Shown here in pieces: positions 40,280 through 53,400 of a DNA stretch of 64,000 bases. The stretch covers positions 54,275,926 to 54,339,925 of the forward strand of contig NC_057719.1 in NCBI RefSeq assembly GCF_004010195.1, given 5' to 3'. A program made the position numbers and the translations under genes. Within the stretch, counting starts at the first letter, position 1. The number at the start of each line of letters is the position of its first letter. The DNA comes from Chiloscyllium plagiosum. Taxonomy: Eukaryota. The notes under the pieces are model-generated. The model saw only the letters and a program-made list of their open reading frames with translations. It was not told where the DNA came from and did no database searches.

Positions 40280-40557
40280 CTGACAGAGGTACTGAATTTG
40301 TACTTTGCTAGTCTTCATGGTGGGAGATACCAGATGCATATCAGAACTTCAAGAGAGTCGGGGGCAGAATTAAGCGTAGTGGCTATCACTAAGGAGAAGG
40401 TGCTGGGGAAGGTGAAATGTTTGAAGGTGCATAAATCACCCAGACTGGATGGACTACACCCCAAAGTTGTGAATGAGATAGCCGAGGAGATTGGGGAGAC
40501 AATGGTGATGATCTTTCAGGAATCACTGGAGTCAGTGAGGTTCGCAGGCGAATGGAA
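40280..40557 (+). mobile_element. CR1 ORF2 internal fragment
   Basis: ITKEKVLGKVKCLKVHKSPRLDGLHPKV..IFQESL. Confidence 0.75.
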
Positions 40558-41110
40558 ATGCACTGTTTTTCCTTTTGCAGTAGTAACAAATTATTTGTAA
40601 CAAGTATTTAGAAGAATAGACTTGCACAGTGCAGCTGTACATTCTGCCTTGCCATGTAACATCTGGTGCCTTCACGATTGAAGAATAAAGGCAAAAGCCA
40701 CTAAAGCAAACACATAGATCATAGGATCAGAGGTTTGTTTGCAACTGGGATTTTGTGTCTTTTGAGTGTTATAGAAAGTCAGATTCTATAAGACAAGAGA
40801 ACAATTAAAACTTCAGTTTGCAATTCTACATTGCAGTGTTAGTCAGTTATGGCCTTGAATTTTCTATTCTCTGCTACTGTCAAAATGAAAGGCAATTTAA
40901 GACAGAATCAGAACATTTTCCAATCTCAGTGGCAAAATTATGAGACCACCATAGAGTTAAACAAAAAACCTAAACAAATAAGAGTGGCAAATCTATTCTC
41001 AGTGCTGAGGAAAGAATTTGATACGCTATATTGTACTCTAGACCTCAGTGAGCAGAAAAAAAGACTGAAAAAAAGACCCAGTTTGAGCATCTTACTAACG
41101 TTATTTATTA

Positions 41111-41335
41111 GGAGAAAGTGAGGACTGCAGATGCTGGAGATCAGAGCTGAAAATGTGTTGCTGGAAAAGCACAGCAGGTCAGGCAGCATCCAAGGAGCAG
41201 GAGAATCGACGTTTCGGGCATGAGCCTGAAAAAGAGCCCTTCCTGAAGAAGGGCTCATGCCCGAAACGTCGATTCTCCTGCTCCTTGGATGCTGCCTGAC
41301 CTGCTGCGCTTTTCCAGCAACACATTTTCAGCTCT
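41111..41335. mobile_element. Palindromic Penelope-terminus element with hammerhead core (41243-41270, +)
   Basis: ~84-bp inverted arms (41143-41226 / 41252-41335). Flanking direct repeats ctaa(c/t)gttatttatta at 41095-41110 and 41334-41349. Confidence 0.85.
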
Positions 41336-41932
41336 AATGTTATTTATTAACAGAACATGGTTACCATCAAAACTCAGGAAGAGGGGTTGAGTACTGATCA
41401 GTATGTGTCTACACTGAACCATTTAACCAAATCCTGAGAGTTTGGGCAACTGAAAGATGACTTCATCATCATTAAGATTGTCTTAGGAATAAGAAAACCT
41501 GCTGTGAGAGCATGTTGGCTGGGAGAAGAACATAATTTTAAGAAAGCTATCAACATGTGCACAAATTCTAATGTTGTCTTTCATCAACTGGAATGTGTTA
41601 ATGGGAAACCGTGACACTTTGCATTATTCTAAGAGACAGCCCAACCCAGCAAGAACAGCCCAAGAATGGAAAAATGGAAAGAATGAGCAGTTATAAGGCC
41701 ATGATGAAATGATGTTCATCCCAAGAGGAAAAACTAAACTGATAGACTATTGGATTCGGAAGAAAGCAATACAGCAGTTGCAGATGATAGACACTGAGGA
41801 AAACACATTTATCTCAGCCGATACAAGTTCAAAGCTTGAATTGGTAACCCAACACATACCAATAAGAATTTGCAGTTTTATAGGGCTCCAATCAAATGAT
41901 TGTTCAATGGATTCTTAAAACCTTATAAAGCT

Positions 41933-42650
41933 TATATAAGGCACAGCAGGTCAGGCAGCAAGTCCAGCCTGAAAGACATGATGGAACAGCTAGAACAGGA
42001 AGAGCAATCGAGAAAGTAACAACTCCTACTGACTGTGCTAATTGGAAAGATGAGTGTGCATTGGTCCAATGGATCTAAATAAAGCTTAGAAGAGTGCTAG
42101 TTACTCCGTGCCAAGCATTAAAAACATTTTGCCACAATTTACCAAAGCTAAGATTAGATTAGATTAGATTAGATTACTTACAGTGTAGATCTTTACCTTG
42201 TTGCAAAGGATGGATACTAGAAAGTGAAGTTGGATGAAAGCAGTCATTTTCTGGATAATATTCTGATCATCAGATACAATGATCATGCCTGACAGTTAGC
42301 ATTTCCAAACTTCCAGAATCTACTTTAGATAGTCAATGATCTTTGGGAACTGGAAGTTATCATGAATGATCTACTGGTCTATGGATGTGGAGATACGATG
42401 AAAAAGGCCATTGCAGACGTTAGGTATAATCTAGTGAGGCCGTTAGAGAGAGCGGGGAGAAAGTGAGGACTGCAGATGCTACTGAGTCAGGGTGAAAAAG
42501 TGTGGCACTGGAAAAGCACAGCTGGTCAGGCAGCTTCCGAGGAATTGGACAGTCTACATTTTGGGCAAGAGCTCTTCATCCTGAACCTAAAACTGAAGAA
42601 ATGCAATTTCAGATGACAAAAGTGAACTATGTAGATCACATACTGACAAC
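41933..42650 (+). mobile_element. Degraded Ty3/gypsy-like RT fragment with later SINE-tail and Penelope inserts
   Basis: KDGY*KVKLDESSHFL, IMNDLLVYGCG (xDD-like) and NLKLKKCNF..VNYVDHIL remnants. Confidence 0.55.
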
Positions 42651-44999
42651 TGTTCAATGGAGTCTTAAAATCTTATAAAGCTGTTTTTCATCGCCTTCGA
42701 CATTTACCTAGTAAATATAATCTTGAAGTAGGTAAGAGTGTGAAACCAACTTGGCACTTTCTGCCCGAAGGAGAAAGTGATGACTTCAGATGCTGGAGAC
42801 CAGAGTTGAGAGAGATCCTGTCAAGATAAGAGCTAAGAGCTGTAATATAGATACAGTGATCAATAGTTATGGAAGTACTGCAATGATATGTTGAATCAAC
42901 CGAGCAAAATTCTTGCCTAATTTCCCATCAGAAAACTTGAAACATTAAATTTGTTTCTCTCTCCACAGTTGCTGCCAGACCTGCTGAGTTCCTCCAGCAT
43001 TTTCTGTGTTCGTTTAATTTCCAACATCCTCAGTATTATGCTTTCATCAGATGAAAGTGGGATGGACTACAACGGACAAACAAATTTTGCCCTGGATGGA
43101 AATTTTCCTCGGAGGCCACGTATGTTGAGTAACTTGCAGATGCAAATGTTAGTGCATGCATTTTTTAAAAATGAAAAGGTGATGTTTGGAGAAATACAGT
43201 TGTATATCATAATTGTCCACGGAAACTTGCTATTGTCACGTGACCTCTGGGGAAGCTGTTTTCCGTGTTGAGACATGAAGGCAACAGCTATTAACGACAG
43301 TACATTGAACAGGAAGAATGTGAATATTTATTTTAACATCGTTGTGCAAATACGGTTACTACCGATATTTGCTAATGTGTTTCTTCAAGGTGTGGGAGGT
43401 AATGAGAAGTGACAGAAATGAATAAAGGTTGGAACAGTCACAGAGGCCACATGCATCTCTCAGATGAAGAAATATTGAGTAGAAAAACAATGCAAATTAT
43501 AACCAATTCCTTTCGGTGCAGTTGAAATGCAACTGTTTAATTGGCAACAATGTAACAAATACAAATAGCGTGTAATATTTATTAGCATCGGCAATTGAAT
43601 GGCTTACAATTCTTTCATTTAAAACCCACGTAATAATTTACCTCAATCGGCAATGTATCAGAAAATTGCGTTGCATAATTGGTTGAAGTAAGACAAATGC
43701 CATGTTTTCATACAGTACAAAACTAATGTGATACAACAGCTCCCCCACCTTACCAGTTAAAGAATGCAGTTTTCAGTGCCTCATTGTGCACAAAGGCTGT
43801 TGTGCAAAAGAAAAATGGGTTTCTGGCTGCTGAAGATGAATCCTTTACTCTGAACACATTTCATGTTTCAGAAATATGAATACATTTTCATGCAAAAAAG
43901 TCAGTTTTAAGCAAAATATTACTTTTGCAAATAAAATTAATAAAAATGTAAAACTTCAATGCACTAACAATCTACGGTTTTGGTGATGATCAGTTCGACA
44001 CTTACTGCTGCAATTTAAACCATTCCAGCTATATTCTTGTCCATATTAATAAGCTGTTAATTTGACTATTGCTTTACTTTATGTAAATACCAGACATATT
44101 CATACGTGTATTAGAAGTTCTAGACATGGGTTATTAACAAAAAAGACTGGAATTGTATCATTTTAACTTCAATGTAGTCTTCTTTCTGTTATGTAAATCC
44201 AGGCTAAAATATAAATGAAACAAAGACTTTATACAGAAAATAAGTGAATTTTTTTGAAGTAATTAATTCAGTTGTATATACATCTCTGATATTAATGTAA
44301 AGTGGGTGCCAGATCTTAGTATTAACATGAATGTTTACATAATGTAAGTATTTTGTTACATTCTAAAGAGATAATAGCATTTACAGAGTTAGGAGATTAA
44401 ACATTTATAGGGTAGTGCAGGTTGGCAAGCTATTTTCAAAAGCAAAGTTAATGAGTACAAGAGTACTCAGAAAGAACCGAAAACTTACGTCAATTCATAT
44501 TTATACAGGACACAGCAAATAGTTCAGCTCCTCTGATGTTCCTTGTCACATGGACACGAAACATGATTTTATTTACATAAAAAGAGCAGTTCGTCAGGCT
44601 ATAACTGTAAAACAAGTTTTCCACTGAAGCAATCTCAAAGACAATCGCAGTGCAAATGGAATTTAAAACAAAATGAAATGTGTATGGTCATAGAAATATC
44701 CCAGTACAAAATAATTAAAATCTCTGACTAATATTACAGCACCATTTTCAAGTATTAAAACACTCCTGAGCCAAAATTAGAATGACCTGATGTCCTAAAT
44801 CCATTTCTCTTAACTGAGACAAATTAGCCTTTCGGGTAATCCTAATTAATCTCCAAATGACGGAGACAAGGGATTTCAAAATTAGGCCACGTTTGGAAGT
44901 ATTGCTTGCTCAATTGGAGAACATACGATACTGCATTTGTGCAGGACCCATGAAAAGAAAAGCAAGCTATAGTAACACCTAGATCCTCTTCAGGAAGCA

Positions 45000-47330
45000 T
45001 TGTGATGCTGCTGGCTCTAGACTTCGAGGCGGACTCCTCCCTGTTGGCTCACTGTTGAAATTCAAGGTTGTTCAAATGGCTTCACAAAGAGCATTATGGA
45101 TGTGGAGAGCAGCCTATGTGAAGCGGTCTGTCTTCTTTCAGAATGTTATTCCGTTTAATCATGGCTGGACCCAAAATATTTTCACTGGAAAAGTAGGAGC
45201 GTTCAAACGCTCAGCGAGGACTGGGATGTTCGAAAACCTAGCTTCCTCACTTCATTAAAGGAAATACCTCTTGCCGCAAGAGCCGTGTTCTTCTGCCGCT
45301 CATACACCTAGCAATCTTTCAGAGTCTCTCTGAAGAATTCCTTTTAACTCAGTGGGCGGATGGGGGGGGGGGGGGGAATAAGCAATTTGCATGCATGACC
45401 TTTTATGGCCGGATTTTCCCCTCAATGACTTGTTCTTTTCCGTTCAGCATTATCTTTGTTTTTGGCTCCAGAAAACCTTTGTTAAAAAAGACAAACTCAG
45501 CTTCAAAGCCCTTCTTAACAATCATCCCTGAGTGACAGCAAGGGAGAAACAGCCTGACTGATTCCTCCTCTATTTCCTCCGCCTCTTGGCCATTTCTCAG
45601 CTAACGCTGGCAATTGGGTTTTTTTTTGCTCTTGCTGAAGAAGGAGTCCACCCTTGCAGCGAACTTGCTGGGACGCCACCATCACCAATGTCTCTAAGTT
45701 GCCTCTATCTCTTTTGAGAGCACAGGGGTGACATGGTGCACGTGTATCCAAGGTTTTTTTTCCCCCCTTGTTTGTTTACACACAATTAGAATGACTTTGA
45801 TTTAACACGGAGTTGGTTGGCGGTCCTTCTTACGGAGCGAAAGTGGTCCACAGCTTGGTGAAGTCCGTCCGTACGTGAAACAGAGGGGGCACAGAATGTG
45901 GCACTCGATCACTCTGAGGTTTAACTCAGCGTGGAGGCTGCGCTGGGGGAAGTACTAGGTGCAACGGTGCAATTCTGCCTGCTGAGATTTGATCTGACTT
46001 TCCCATCTCAGCCACTTGATCGCTCTCACTGCAGAGACGTTTGCTCAGCTAATAGAGCAGCTCGCTTGATGCAGAGGAAAGCTGCTGCTCTCCGTGTTCC
46101 TACTCTGTGTAACAGGATAGCCACAACGGCGCTGAATGGACGGAGGGGAGAGATCTCCGCTGTTCGCGGCGACCTGGAGAATGTCAGTTTAACTGTGAGG
46201 ATATGTGCAAACCTCTGAATTGAAGCGGCTTCTACCCCCGGATGGCATTTTGCTCGTCTTTTGATTTAGCTGCTTGCAAAAATGGCTCTTTTGGAGCTCA
46301 TCGCAATACAGAACAGAAAACCGTGCAGATTCTATCGATTTTAATAGTGACTTGAGGGATTGAGAGAGACATGAGTGAGAAGACCCACTTACCCTGATCC
46401 TGAGCTAACTGGGCAGGGCTGATGTTCGACCTTAAAGGTAACTCTGGGATTTTTTTTGTGACATCTATTTTCACTGCTGGTTTGCTTGCCTTATTTTTCC
46501 CCACTCATGCAATCTGTAACGTATTCGGGGTTGGTTTAGCAGCGAATCGCACTTGGGTTTTGTTTTGTTGCATTGCACAGTGTTCAGTGTGGCCATCGTG
46601 TGCTGTTCAAGGTGTTCCATGCTGCATCGCAAGCGAAGCTCCGGCGTAAGTAATCGCTTAAGGTTTTTAACTTGATACAGGTACATTGCAAGGTCAGTGC
46701 AGCGTTGCGGAGGCTGGATCGAGTGTATTGACTAAATACGGCGGAGAGTGGGGTTTTTTTTTCCCCGAGCGCGTTTGCTGCTTAAAACTGAGTGTAGAAC
46801 TGTATTTCGCACGTTGAAACCAAACGGACGAATTGTGCAGGCTGCTTGGGAAATTTTAATTGAACCGCTACGCTCGACAGATCAGCTTTTACTGACTCTG
46901 TACACTGAAGAATATTCGCAAAAAAAAGTCTTCCCACCTCCCCCGCCACTCCCCCCGCCACACAGTCTATGTAAATTGATACATTTAGAAAGGTTACTTT
47001 TGCCCTCCTCCCCGCCCGAGTTGGTATCAGCAAGTACCCAGTCTTCAGATTGAAAGGAATGATATTGAAAATTGTGTCGGAGGGGGTGGAAAGGCTTATG
47101 TTGAAAGCGTCAAAAAAAAACCTAAGTCTGCAGTGTCATTTCATTCCAGTACCCGAGGTAAGAGTAAACATCCCTCCAGTGCAATGAGGTTTGGAAAAAC
47201 AGCTGTCGTTTACCGTAGTGCAATTCTGCTGAGGTCCAGTTTTATTTGGGGCATACGTCTGCTTCAGTTCCATACAAAGAGACCTAGAATAATAGTGTAT
47301 GCAATCCTAGGTTCCCGCGGCGATGATAAG
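45000..47330 (+). promoter_or_regulatory. CpG-enriched region: putative LRFN5-like promoter and non-coding first exon(s)
   Basis: CpG density visibly higher than the flanks. GC box GGGCGG 45354-45359, G-run 45362-45376, octamer ATTTGCAT 45385-45392, CCAAT 45685-45689. Donor-like GTAAGT at 46646 and GAG|GTAAGA at 47158. The coding exon starts at an acceptor, so an upstream UTR exon is required. Confidence 0.6.
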
Positions 47331-50285
47331 AGAAATGATTGACATTTCAGTTTAAAAATATATTTGAAGTTTCTTTTTGATGAAAAACCATATGTTTATA
47401 ACTATCTTCTGAATATATAAGGATTTTCAGCAAGAGTTTTCCAGTAATGATGTTTCCTTCTATCAAGCAAGTCCCATGTGAATTCACAATTATTGTTTTA
47501 TTTTAGTAAAAAAAAAGTGGGAAAATTGTGAAATGTTCTCCCCACGTTAGGTAACATTGCTGTTCAGTTTACTAAACAAACCTTCCTAATTTCGTATACA
47601 CTGTTGGTTCTGTCGTGAGCATTATCAAATTGCTGATTCCTTAGAACATTGGGGTAATAACCAAGGTGCTGACGACTTTACATACAAGTTATTGTGGTAA
47701 TTTAACTTCTGCTGTGTCCCATTTTCTGATCTTTACTAATGTGGTCCAGCAATGCTTGTAGAGGTTAACAAGATCAATTGCTCTAGACTGGCCTCATAAA
47801 TGTTAAATGTCATATTGTAACAACTGAATTATTCAAAGCTCTAATGTTCATTTGGCACTGGTGACCAACATTGTGTAGATGTAATCATTTTTAAAAGAAA
47901 GTAGTCCTTTTCAAGCAAAAAAAATCAAAAGGAGAAAAAATATTTTTCAGCAAACAAAGCAGATGAAGAAACATAATGTTTAATTTTGAACAGATAGTTA
48001 AGCAGTCACTTGTCTTTTATATTAATACTTAATTTCTGCATTTTGTAATATTGTACCATTGATATTAAGAATTCCTGGAAAAACTGCAGCTTGGACTCTG
48101 CTGCCTGGTGGTGCTACAATTCAAGTTATGCCTCTTCTTCAGCAATAGAAAAAGGCAGTGACATTCCTATCCGCTGCATAACTCAGGAGGCTAGAATGAG
48201 ACAAGACCATTACTGCAGTAAGCTTCAAAGGTGACAGTTTATCTATTTCAGTGGACGTCGCTGCTCAGATTGGCAATACTTTTGTGCCTTATTTGTGTTA
48301 ATTAATCTAAGAGACAAACATCAGTCTGTTGAAAGTGCAACAAAACTCATCTTGATATTATTCAATCCAGACCAACATGTAATTTTGTTGTGGCCAGTAG
48401 TCAGTGAATATATGTCAATGAACTACCTTGTGCCCTTTATAGCTGCAATCTTTTGAATGTTGTTAAATGTTATTTACAAGAAAAATGCTAAAAGAATCAT
48501 TATGACATTTATGTGGCTAATACAGTTTAAAAGCAAGCTCTGCCTTTGAGTAAAATGATGCATGCTGTCAGCCTGATCTTGATACCATGTTGCAGCATAA
48601 GTGCTAAATGGATGGAATATTACAGCTACATTTTTCTTTTTATTATTTCGCACAACTTGAGATGTTATGGGGAGAAAAATTAAACCACTTTTTTTTACAT
48701 TAAGTGTATAATTTTTGCAGACCTGATCGTTAGTCACACTTCATGAACAGATAATGCAAACAACTGCTTTTGAAATATTGTACAGCCTAGATTCCAAAGT
48801 GGAGGGGCAGTGCTACAATGAATCTTTGTTCCCCCTGACTGCAGCATTGCTAAACTGATTTCTGTGCAGTTACTGTAGAATGAGTGATTTTAAGAGAATA
48901 AGTCAGTACACCAGAAGGCCACCATTTGAGTTCTACTCTACTTTCCACACAATAATATCTTAACATGTTGCTAAAATCAACATTAAGCCAAAATCTGAAG
49001 GAACTTGATCTTAAATAAAATATTGAATGAGGAACAAATCTTAGTAGTTATGAATGGGGTGGGCTTTTATAAGCCTTTGTACAGCCAGTTGGCAACTCAA
49101 TGCAGATCACTAGAATTTGAGAAGGTTGGTGCAATGTTATCATAGGGTCTTGGTGATGTAAACATCCTATTACTATGAAAGTCCCAAATGCCCAGCAGTG
49201 TTAATAGATGTTAATCCTCAATGCCCATATTCTTATAAAGACATTGACCCATAACTGCAAATTCATTCAGATGCATTCATATTTGGCAGTTACTATTCCT
49301 TTGAAATATTTAACTCTTTTCTGCATTTTATACTCAATTATATTCAAAGGATTTATTGTTTTACAAATCCTCTTTTCCTTTTATTTCTTCTTTCTACTTT
49401 CCTTTCCTCCATACCTCTTTCAAATCTTGTTTCCCATTTCCAGGTTTATTTTTGGCTGTAGTTCATCTCCATTCTGATTTTGAGGTTCCCAAATCATTCC
49501 TGTTATTGATAGGTAATAATATTGTGCAAGCATGTTTACTTTGGACAACATGAGGTAATTCTAAAATGCATGTATTCACAGATTTTTTTAAACCATTATA
49601 TTGGGAGAAAAAAGTGTCATTTTCACAGAACTACCAACTGTTGAGTTGGTTGTAGCTTCAATTTCAATTCAACAAATGAAAAAAGACAAGTCAAATTGAA
49701 ACCTGATTTAATATCCCACAATTCTTCACCTACAACATAGCAGGCAGTGCCACACATGAAATAAATACCAATGCAATTCACATACAAAACAGTCACTTAA
49801 CAGGGGCAGTGACAAGCCAATGAGCAATATCCAGTGTGTTAATGGTAAGGCATAAAAATAATAAAGTAGTTGAAACACAGCCTTGAAACTTTGGGAAAGA
49901 GGCATAAGTTGAATTCTAACAGTGATGCAAAACTCAATTGCTTCAAACATAGAGGAGCTCTGATTTGCTTTAGTGGATTTTTTACCTTGCAAAATTATCC
50001 TGCTAAACAATGTCCTTGGCTTTGTAAAGCTAATCAGATGTCAGGGAATTTTAATTATTAGTTAGTTTTGTTAGTTTTAAATTAAGTTTTAAATTCTTTC
50101 AGCAAAATGAAATTTAATCAAATATGTGGATTTGGATCTACTTAAATTAAATAATCAAAAATGTTCACCGATAGTAAAAAGAATTAACTTTCATGGAGAT
50201 CTGATCAATTTAATCAAAGACAAAATAGAGACAAATAACAAAGAAAAACTCAATGTTTATTAAAACAGTTGCTGAATATTACAAC

Positions 50286-50492
50286 TAAGAGAAAGTGAGG
50301 ATTGCAGATGCTGAAGATCAGAGCTGAAAAATGTGTTGCTGGAAAAGTGCAGCAGGTCAGGCAGCATCCAAGGAGCAGGAGAATCGACGTTTCGGGCATA
50401 AGCCCTTCTTCAGGATTCCCGAAACGTCGATTCTCCTGCTCCTTGGATGCTGCCTGACCTGCTGCACTTTTCCAGCAACACATTTTTCAGCT
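50286..50492. mobile_element. Palindromic Penelope-terminus element with hammerhead core (50386-50413, -)
   Basis: Perfect 79-bp inverted arms (50318-50396 / 50418-50496). 14-bp TSD ctgaatattacaac at 50272 and 50493. Confidence 0.88.
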
Positions 50493-53400
50493 CTGAATAT
50501 TACAACCCAAAGATCTGAGAAAGATTGAGCATTACTGAATTTTGACTAGCAACTGCTAATTAGTCACATACATAGACAAAAGAGAGAACTCAAAATACCT
50601 AACTACAGACCTGCTAGCATTTAATTTTAAGGTTGAAAACTCTGAATCTCCGTGATTCAACTTGGGCATTTTGTTCCATTTCAGTTTGTTTCACAGTCAG
50701 AAAGCTATGTTATAAAGAGGTTTTCTAGGAGGGAAAGCTACAACAATGCCAAAGAATCCTAAATTTGACCATGTCATATTTCTCCATGGATTTCTGAACA
50801 TACCACTGCTTGGTTGAATCAGGTTAGGAAATCACTGTCCATTAAAATGGAAAGTGGAAAGAACAAACAGCTTGATATTTCAGCTAAGCATTGTGTTTAA
50901 CACAACAATATGAGGAACTCCGAACAGAACTATTATGAACTGGAAGGAAGCTTTCATATAGTGACATTGTATTTGATAGAGTGATTCCATATCTTCTCAC
51001 CGAACCAATTTTTCCCAGGTAATTTAATTCATTGTCACAAGCTACCGTTTTGCCATTATGTAATTATGGAAAATTTCCATCTCTGTAAAATAAAGTGAGC
51101 ATAAACTCTGGGAAATAAATGTAAATTGTGCAACAGTTATAAGGATGACAATGAAAAGTATGGACTTGAATGTTTGTATCAGATTAGCAATGTATGATAT
51201 CAGAATTGCACAAGACATATTTGTGATCAGTGCTTAGAATAATACCTAATTTGTAGCAAAGAATTAAGCTGATAGCATCACCTGCTCATAACTGGTGTAC
51301 AATTGATCATAACCCAAATCTGATTCCAAATCTGATTGACTTTCAATTTAATATAGTGATTACCATTTATACTCTAATAGCCTACTTTAATGGCTTGAGC
51401 CTTATTTAAAATAAGCATGCAGCATAATAATATTCAGCAGATAGCTGAATAAACATTAAAACTGCAGTTAAATTAAAATTTTCACAACAGAATTGAAGCT
51501 TTCTATAAGTATACTTATATCTTTTTATAAGTTCATTAATTTATGTTTCACATTTGCTTTGCTGTGTGATCTGTCACATCTCAGTAGGGTCAGAAAAAGC
51601 ATTGGAAATTGACAGCCTTATTACTGCTGAATGCAAGTATGCTGGGAGATTGTTTTTAATACAACTAACCATGAACATTTTTAACACTGCTGCATTAACA
51701 AACTTACTTTTTCACATTGGTTATTTCAAACCTGTTTAGATGGTTTTGAAATCGCTACTGAACAGTCATTCAGAGGTATTTTGAATGTACAGTGTCAGCT
51801 TCAAAAAAATTGTCAAATAATCCCATTACTAGTTGGATTGCTAGAAAAGGTGTTTGAATATAATGAATATTAATACACTATTGTGTCTGTGTCTTACCTA
51901 CGCATCTATAATTTAGAATGACTGTCATTACAATTCCTCTGCAGCTATGAATGAAACTATTTGTTAAACTGGAGACTTTTAATTACACTATTTGAAGTTC
52001 ATAATGACATATTAAGGCTTCAGATTACATTAAATCCAGCCATACTTTCTCCATTTAATATTTTCTACCTTAGAGCGATAATTAGAAATTAGCACTAAAT
52101 CAGTGACAGTTCCCTTCTGAAATGCCGAAATCTGTGAAAGGCAGTCCACAAGTAAAAGTGATCTGCAGTCTTTTGTAAGATTGTTTTAGATAACTAAAAA
52201 AAAGTTTTATAATATGCATTGAATATATATCATATTATATTTTTACTTTGAAATAATCAGAAATATTGGCACATTGATGATATCATTTTTCATTTGCTGC
52301 ATAATTTAATATTTATTTATTAAATATAATGCATTTGGCCTGTTCTTAACTGCCCACAGTCCTTACTTCCTGGTCAAGGTTTTTTAGACGCATTTCTAAT
52401 ATTGACATTGTACATTGAATTACTACTATGAACATTTAATAAAATTTCTTATATATCAGCAGTCATCATGAGAAAAAGTATATCTAAATAGATATAGTTG
52501 AGGAACTAATTGATTCATAAAAAAACTTTTCTTTGAAAAAATTTTGGTTTTGTTTTCATGAAATTAATCTCATTAGTGATGAAATTTTAACTTGAAAGTA
52601 AAACACTCATAAAAAAGGAATTATGTTTTCCTTAATTTTTGTTGTACTTTTTTGAAAATTACATTAACATTTCAAAAGCCTTTTGCAAATGTTGGATTCT
52701 AACTGGATTTATGTTTTACTGAAAACAATTAGAAGGTTTATACATTGCTTTGTATTCTAAATTTGTGCATCTCGAATGCAGTATTGATTGAAATGAGAAA
52801 GAAAAATTAAAATTGTTCTCTGAGGGGTTTATATCTTACTTTGTTTCTAGGGCTTTGAAACAATTGAAAATTGATTTTTAAATTATTTATTTTGAGCATG
52901 CCTCATTTAAAATATCAACAATATGTCTCTAATGAAATGCTCAACCAAGCCGCACGTGTTGTTTACTGTTGTTGTAATTTCAAGAATTGCTTTTTTAAGC
53001 CATTTTAATTCTTACCAAATATTGCTTACTGATATTATGTTTTCTTTTCCTAAGTAAAATACTTGCTCTTTGAATAATTTTAGACTAAATATTTTTAAAA
53101 CATTAAAATCTAGAAAACTACATAAACAGTGCAGTTTGAATATTTCTTGAGATTATTTATATTTCTTTATGGAAATTTTTGTTTGTTTAATGTTGTATGG
53201 ATCATTAACATACCGGTGAGCAAGATGCTTTAATGTAGAACATTAACATTGGATATCGAGATGAGTTCAATGGGATATCTGAAATTGTAGTGTAAGAGAG
53301 TTGCTGTTGAATCGAAGAGATGGTGAGGCCACAGTAATGGAGAAAGGAGGGGAATTGGTACCTCGTGCTCCAAAAGGAGAGCCTGGGTGCCATTTTCTGG

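Noticed and set aside
45800..46200. REST/NRSE site expected near a neuronal gene
   Set aside because: Only partial half-site resemblances were seen; no convincing 21-bp match by eye.
50250..50528. Mirror-image ORFs MCCWKSAAGQAASKEQ on both strands (similar peptides at 13293, 14221, 40938)
   Set aside because: Artefact of the palindromic repeat family.
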